This document shows, in pieces, positions 58,994 to 64,000 of a stretch of 64,000 bases of DNA; the stretch's first letter is position 1, and each line of letters begins with the position of its first letter. Below the pieces are notes generated by a model. That model made no database searches. It saw only the letters and a list, made by a program, of their open reading frames with translations, and was not told where the DNA came from. The position numbers and the translations under genes are program-made. Origin of the DNA: the human T2T-CHM13v2.0 reference genome, Homo sapiens; the NCBI RefSeq assembly GCF_009914755.1, contig NC_060934.1; one strand, 5' to 3'.

Positions 58994-59560
58994 TGAAGGG
59001 GTTCAGAACATGCAACCTCAAAATATGTCACTTTGGTAATTGATTATTTTGAGTTGAAGGCATTTAAGAAATAGCAGACATAGGGAGGGTGCTCTGACCT
59101 CCTCTTCTACCTAAAAGCAGGTTGTAAAATTTCCCACGAGAAAGGGGCCATCTGTATACCTGGAAGAGAAGAACATTCTCATCACCAGAGAGTAGGAGTT
59201 GATAATGAGATGAACCTGTACAAACACACCTGCTAACATAACCCTTGTCTCCCACTAGTTGCTCCCATATAATTTCCTAGTCACTTTCTCACAACTTACC
59301 ACCCCTAGAAGCTTGAAACCCTTTTCCTTTGTATTGACACATCTTTTCAAATTAATCATTCTTTTGTTAAAAAGGCATTTAGACGCTCGGTCCGAACCAC
59401 TTCTTATGGTCTTCATCTCTCCTGTAAGGCTCCTATGTACGTGTAAAAATATCATATATAATCTGTGTGCTTTTCTCTGTTAGTCTGTCTTATTTCAACT
59501 GGATTCTCAGGCCCAGCCACAGAACCTAAGAGGCAGAGGAAAGTTGCTTCTCCCCTCCAG
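58994..59560 (+). mobile_element. ERV1 solo LTR, MER34-like
   Basis: tgaaggggttcagaacatgcaacctcaaaatatgtcactttgg...ttagtctgtctta...ttctcccctcca. Confidence 0.8.
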
Positions 59561-62129
59561 TCTTATTTTTTATTGAATTATCTGAATGATCTCATTCCAC
59601 GCGATCACGAGTGAACAATAGCATCTTATTCGGTAATGTTAGAAACCATGGCGCTAAGGGGGAGCTAGCTCTTATTTAAAGAAAATAACCCTGTTCAGAA
59701 TGAAGCTGTGGCTAGTGTTAACTCAATAAAATATAACCCTTCTTGGGAATCTGCAGGGCTGGTGGGAAAAGCCATTGAGGACCATGGAGTGAGGATAAAA
59801 GGTTTGAGGAGTCCAAGTGTTTTCAGGACAGGATTCTGTGTGGCCAGATGGTTCAAATGGATGCAAATTCCCCAAATGGCCCACAGGTACATTGGGTGTA
59901 ACTCGGGGCTTAACCACATGGCTGCCTGTGGGAGGCTCAGCTGGAAGCAGAAAGTCTGACAGGTCCTTCCCTTGCCTGGCTGAAGGTTGTCTGTCCTCCC
60001 TGAGGGCAGGGACCCACACCTGCGGAGGAGAAATTAAATAGTGAAGTGAAGTTAGTGGCAACCTTGGGAAAAAGATGTGTCTTTTGGTGTCTTCAGGGTA
60101 GATTTTGTACACAGAAAAAAAGAGTTATTCTTCAACCTTTTAAGATCAATTTGTGTATTTCACTGCTTTAAGTCTAGCAAGTTCCAATAATTGCATACTT
60201 AATTCTAAGTATTCCTGAGATTAGAAGATGTGTACTCAGTAAGGAAACTAATTTGCCACCCTGCACAGTGTTGGAAGCTGCCCTCTTGGCTTGGTTGAGC
60301 CAGCACAGTGACCAGACCTTCATCTTCATCTTCATCTTCACCCCACTGGACACGGGCCAGGGCTACAGAATGCTGTGTTTATAGGAATCCTTAATCAAAG
60401 ACTCCACATCTTCAAGAGGGGTGTTGTCTCCTAGCCTGTGTCCCTGGATTCAAGTTATGCATCTTCTCATTCTCCTGTCTACATACACTCCCATGCAATT
60501 TGATTGCCTGATTGGATTTTGTACTTTATTGGCTCTTAAAACACAGAAATATCTTTCCTATGTGATTCTAATGACGTTGACCTTAATGGAATGTTGTATT
60601 TTTTCTATATAATTCCTAAAATCACCCAGCTCTTGCTAAGTTTAAAATAATCTCTGATTAGTTTTGTCTATTCGGTCACCACCTCCATCCCACTGATACC
60701 AGAGAAAGGCAGGGCATAACGTGCACACCGTAGACCTGAAGGAGGAGACTTCATCAGTTTTAGGAAAACAAAGACGTAATTCCATAGTCAGAACACAGGG
60801 AAGAGATTTATCACATGGGGAAGTTTTGGGCAATGTAGCCCGACTTGGAAACCTCAAGTCAGTTTAGGGAGGGAGGAAATGGCAGCCCCGAGACGGTTGC
60901 TCTTTACTGGTATAGGATTTGGATGAATGGTCATCTCTAAAGGAGGACAGGAAAGGCACATGATTGAGTATGGCATAGATCTGGAAAGATAGTGTTAGAA
61001 AGGCCAAGGATGAGAATGATTTGGGACTTGAAACAAAAATGCCAAGGATGGCCAGAAGGCTTTCTAGCGCTCGGCAGAGCGAGAATGACAAGGATGGCTT
61101 GGGGTCAAGCCTGTGTCAGTCATGCGCTCCTGTCTAGAGGGCCTCAAGGATTATCTCTGCTCCATGGTTAACCTGGAGTGAGCTGGAACTAAAAGGGAAC
61201 CCTCGGGAGTGCACACAACACCATCATTCCAGAAGGAAGAGATTTTTATGAAGGAGTAAAGAAATTTCATGTAAAATGGATTCTGACAAATCACTTTTCT
61301 ACTTTGTGAGGGATTCTCCTGTTCATTCTTCCTCTACTCTCTTTGATCTAATGCTGCTGGGTTAGTAGGGCCTGGGGATTGAAATACAAAGGCAGCCCAT
61401 GCTGCCAGCTAGCCTCGACCTGGCACTGAAGGTTAAAAGTTCATGCATTGCTGTGAAGTTGGTACATTGCTCATCCAGGTCATGGGGTTGGAGGCCAGAT
61501 GTGGATGTGGGGCTGCAGCCCTGATTAGTGCTAAAGAGTGTGCAATTGGCGTGTCTCTTATCTCTGAGAAGCTGGAGGTGAGTTGGGCACAGAAGGCAGC
61601 TAGAAGGACTGGATCCACCGTTTCTTTCCAAAGGAAACAGGTATCTGTTCTGGAAGATGAATCTGATGAATGTAATTGACACGGAGAAAGTAGAATGACT
61701 CTATTCTTGCTTCTGTTTTCTTTCAGAGAAGAGACTCTCAACAAGAGTAGTAGAATACATACTGATAAAAAGTGAATTGGCACTGAGCGCCTGAGCTCCT
61801 CTAAATGACTTCAAGTATCTTGAGGCAAAGGAAATATTTGCCAAGTGGATTCTCCAAGTGGGTTCAATCCAACCATTGTGGGTGGATTTGAGGAATTGTG
61901 GAGGACAGAAGGGAGTTGTGTTGGAAGTTTGGAGACCTACAACGATAGATTTGATTTTAGAAAAGGGAAAGATGGCTTCCCCCTCCCCTAAATTATAGAC
62001 TGGTGAGCTTGACAACAGAAGCCAGTCAAGATTCTAGAAGAAATTATTAAGGGAATTACTTGTGACCACTTAGAACTGGAAGTGATCAATAGAGTTAATG
62101 TGGGTTTAGTAAGAGTAAATCAAATCTGA

Positions 62130-62433
<304 letters not shown>

Positions 62434-62814
62434 CTAAATCTGATCTTATTTCCTTTTTTCTAACATAGTTGTTAGACCCAACTGTCAATTACCTAGTTAG
62501 AGTTTAACAAAGTATCTGACAGGGACATAATAATCTCTATACAGAACAGAGTACTATAAGCAAGGGTTGATATAATTAGATAGATTCATAACAGAATCGC
62601 TACTCAAAGGATGTTGATTAATTGACTTGGTCTCCCTGTATAGGGTTTTAATGGTGGCCATAGGACATTGTCAAACATTCAAATATGCTGTCCTTGGCAT
62701 TTTCCTGTCAAAGCTCAAATGCAAAAATGCACACAAAGCCAAGGAGAGAAAACAATTTGGATGAAAGCATAATTTTGAAGAGTGCATAGTAAAAGTTGTG
62801 GGCCAAGACCAAAT

Positions 62815-64000
62815 TATTTATTGATGTATTTTATGTGTAGACAAGACAGTGGAAACAAATAGACCCAAAGTGTTATAATGGCTCCTATACAATGGAACTG
62901 TAGTGCTTCTTCACATAACAGCCTGAGGTGCTGTTCATGGCTGGCTGATGACTTCCCATGAGGACCCGGCTTCTTCCATCCTGTGGGCCTCCCATCCCCA
63001 AACACCTCATTTGCATCCACCTCCAGGTGTGCATTCTTAAGAGGAAGCATGGAGGAGGGACATTTACTTTCTTTTAAAATAAACTTTATCTTTTTTTATG
63101 GAATATTTGAAATGTGTAAAAGAACAGAGGTCTAAAGTTCACTCCAAATGCATATCATTCAGATTCAGCAACAATCTATTTAGGACCACCCTTGTTTCAT
63201 TTCTATTCCTCCCTTTCCTACCCTACTGGATTATTTTGAAGCCAATCCCAGCCATCATCTCATTTTTATAGGTAAGTTTGGATATCTGAAAGAAAAGGAC
63301 TCTATTTTTTGTAAGCATGGCTATGACACCATTATCACTCCTAAGATACTGACAGTAGTTTCCTAATATCGAACACCTTATCAATGTTCAAGTTGCCCTG
63401 ATTCAGATTCTCTCTCTTTCTCCCCCTCTCAACACTTTATTTGAATCATGATTCAAACAAGGATGTTCACATTGCATTGGTTGATAGGTACACATATGTG
63501 GTTTTTGGATGGTGGGGGATTAAGTCTCTCTTAATCTATACATCTCCCTCCCTCCCCACATCTGTCCTTTTAACTTATTTGTTATTGGGTCACTTGTTCT
63601 GTAGAGTCTCCCAGTTTGGATTGTGCTGGTTGCATCTCCATTATGTAAACATGTTCCTCTGAACCAATACTTAAATTTAGAGTCTTGTTGAGATACAGGT
63701 GATTTTTTTTGGACAAGTTTAGTTCATAGATGGTGTGTGTTTTTACTATTGATGATCACAGTGCACATTCATTATTTCATTAGGGGTTTGTAAAGTGGTG
63801 ATATTCTAATTCTATCATTCCATCCTCATTTATTAGAGTTCTTCTATAAAGAAAAACATTTATCAGCAACTATGTGGTGTTCGGAAGTCACACTTGCTTT
63901 TTAAATACCTCGACTTCCGTTCATATTGCGTTGGCTAAGGCTAAGTCACCTGCAAGGGAGGCTGGGAAGTGGATTCTTGCTGTGTGTCTGGGAAGAAGAG
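62815..64000 (-). mobile_element. old MLT1 LTR (62815-63065, 63885-64000) interrupted by an L1MC-like 3' end (63070-63870)
   Basis: ggacccggcttcttccatcctgtgg...; L1: ggattattttgaagccaatcccag...cacattgcattggttgat; LTR resumes tgcaagggaggctgggaagtg. Confidence 0.65.

Overview
Primate, very probably human, euchromatic non-coding DNA. I could not assign a locus. About half the window is recognisable interspersed repeat: about 20 Alu/FLAM/FRAM copies, several L1 pieces, MIR/L2, many MaLR LTRs (MLT1, MST, THE1), an MLT2 LTR, ERV1-type LTRs (MER34/MER39-like, MER21-like, MER52-like) and DNA-transposon fossils (Tigger3, MER44A, MER5A, MER20, MER94). I found no credible protein-coding gene, RNA gene or CRISPR array; the longer ORFs come from Alu, L1 or LTR sequence or from GC-rich DNA. 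The main non-repeat features are a 5'-truncated SNRPD1 retrocopy nested in an MLT1 LTR (7476-7652), an orphan CpG island (9060-9625), a GC-box/TATA promoter-like segment (27.3-27.5 kb) and a few candidate lncRNA splice signals. I see no convincing new biological system. The best leads are unusual retrotransposition or repair products and LTR-derived regulatory candidates. Repeat subfamily names come from recalled consensus sequences and boundaries are approximate; RepeatMasker/Dfam would settle both.
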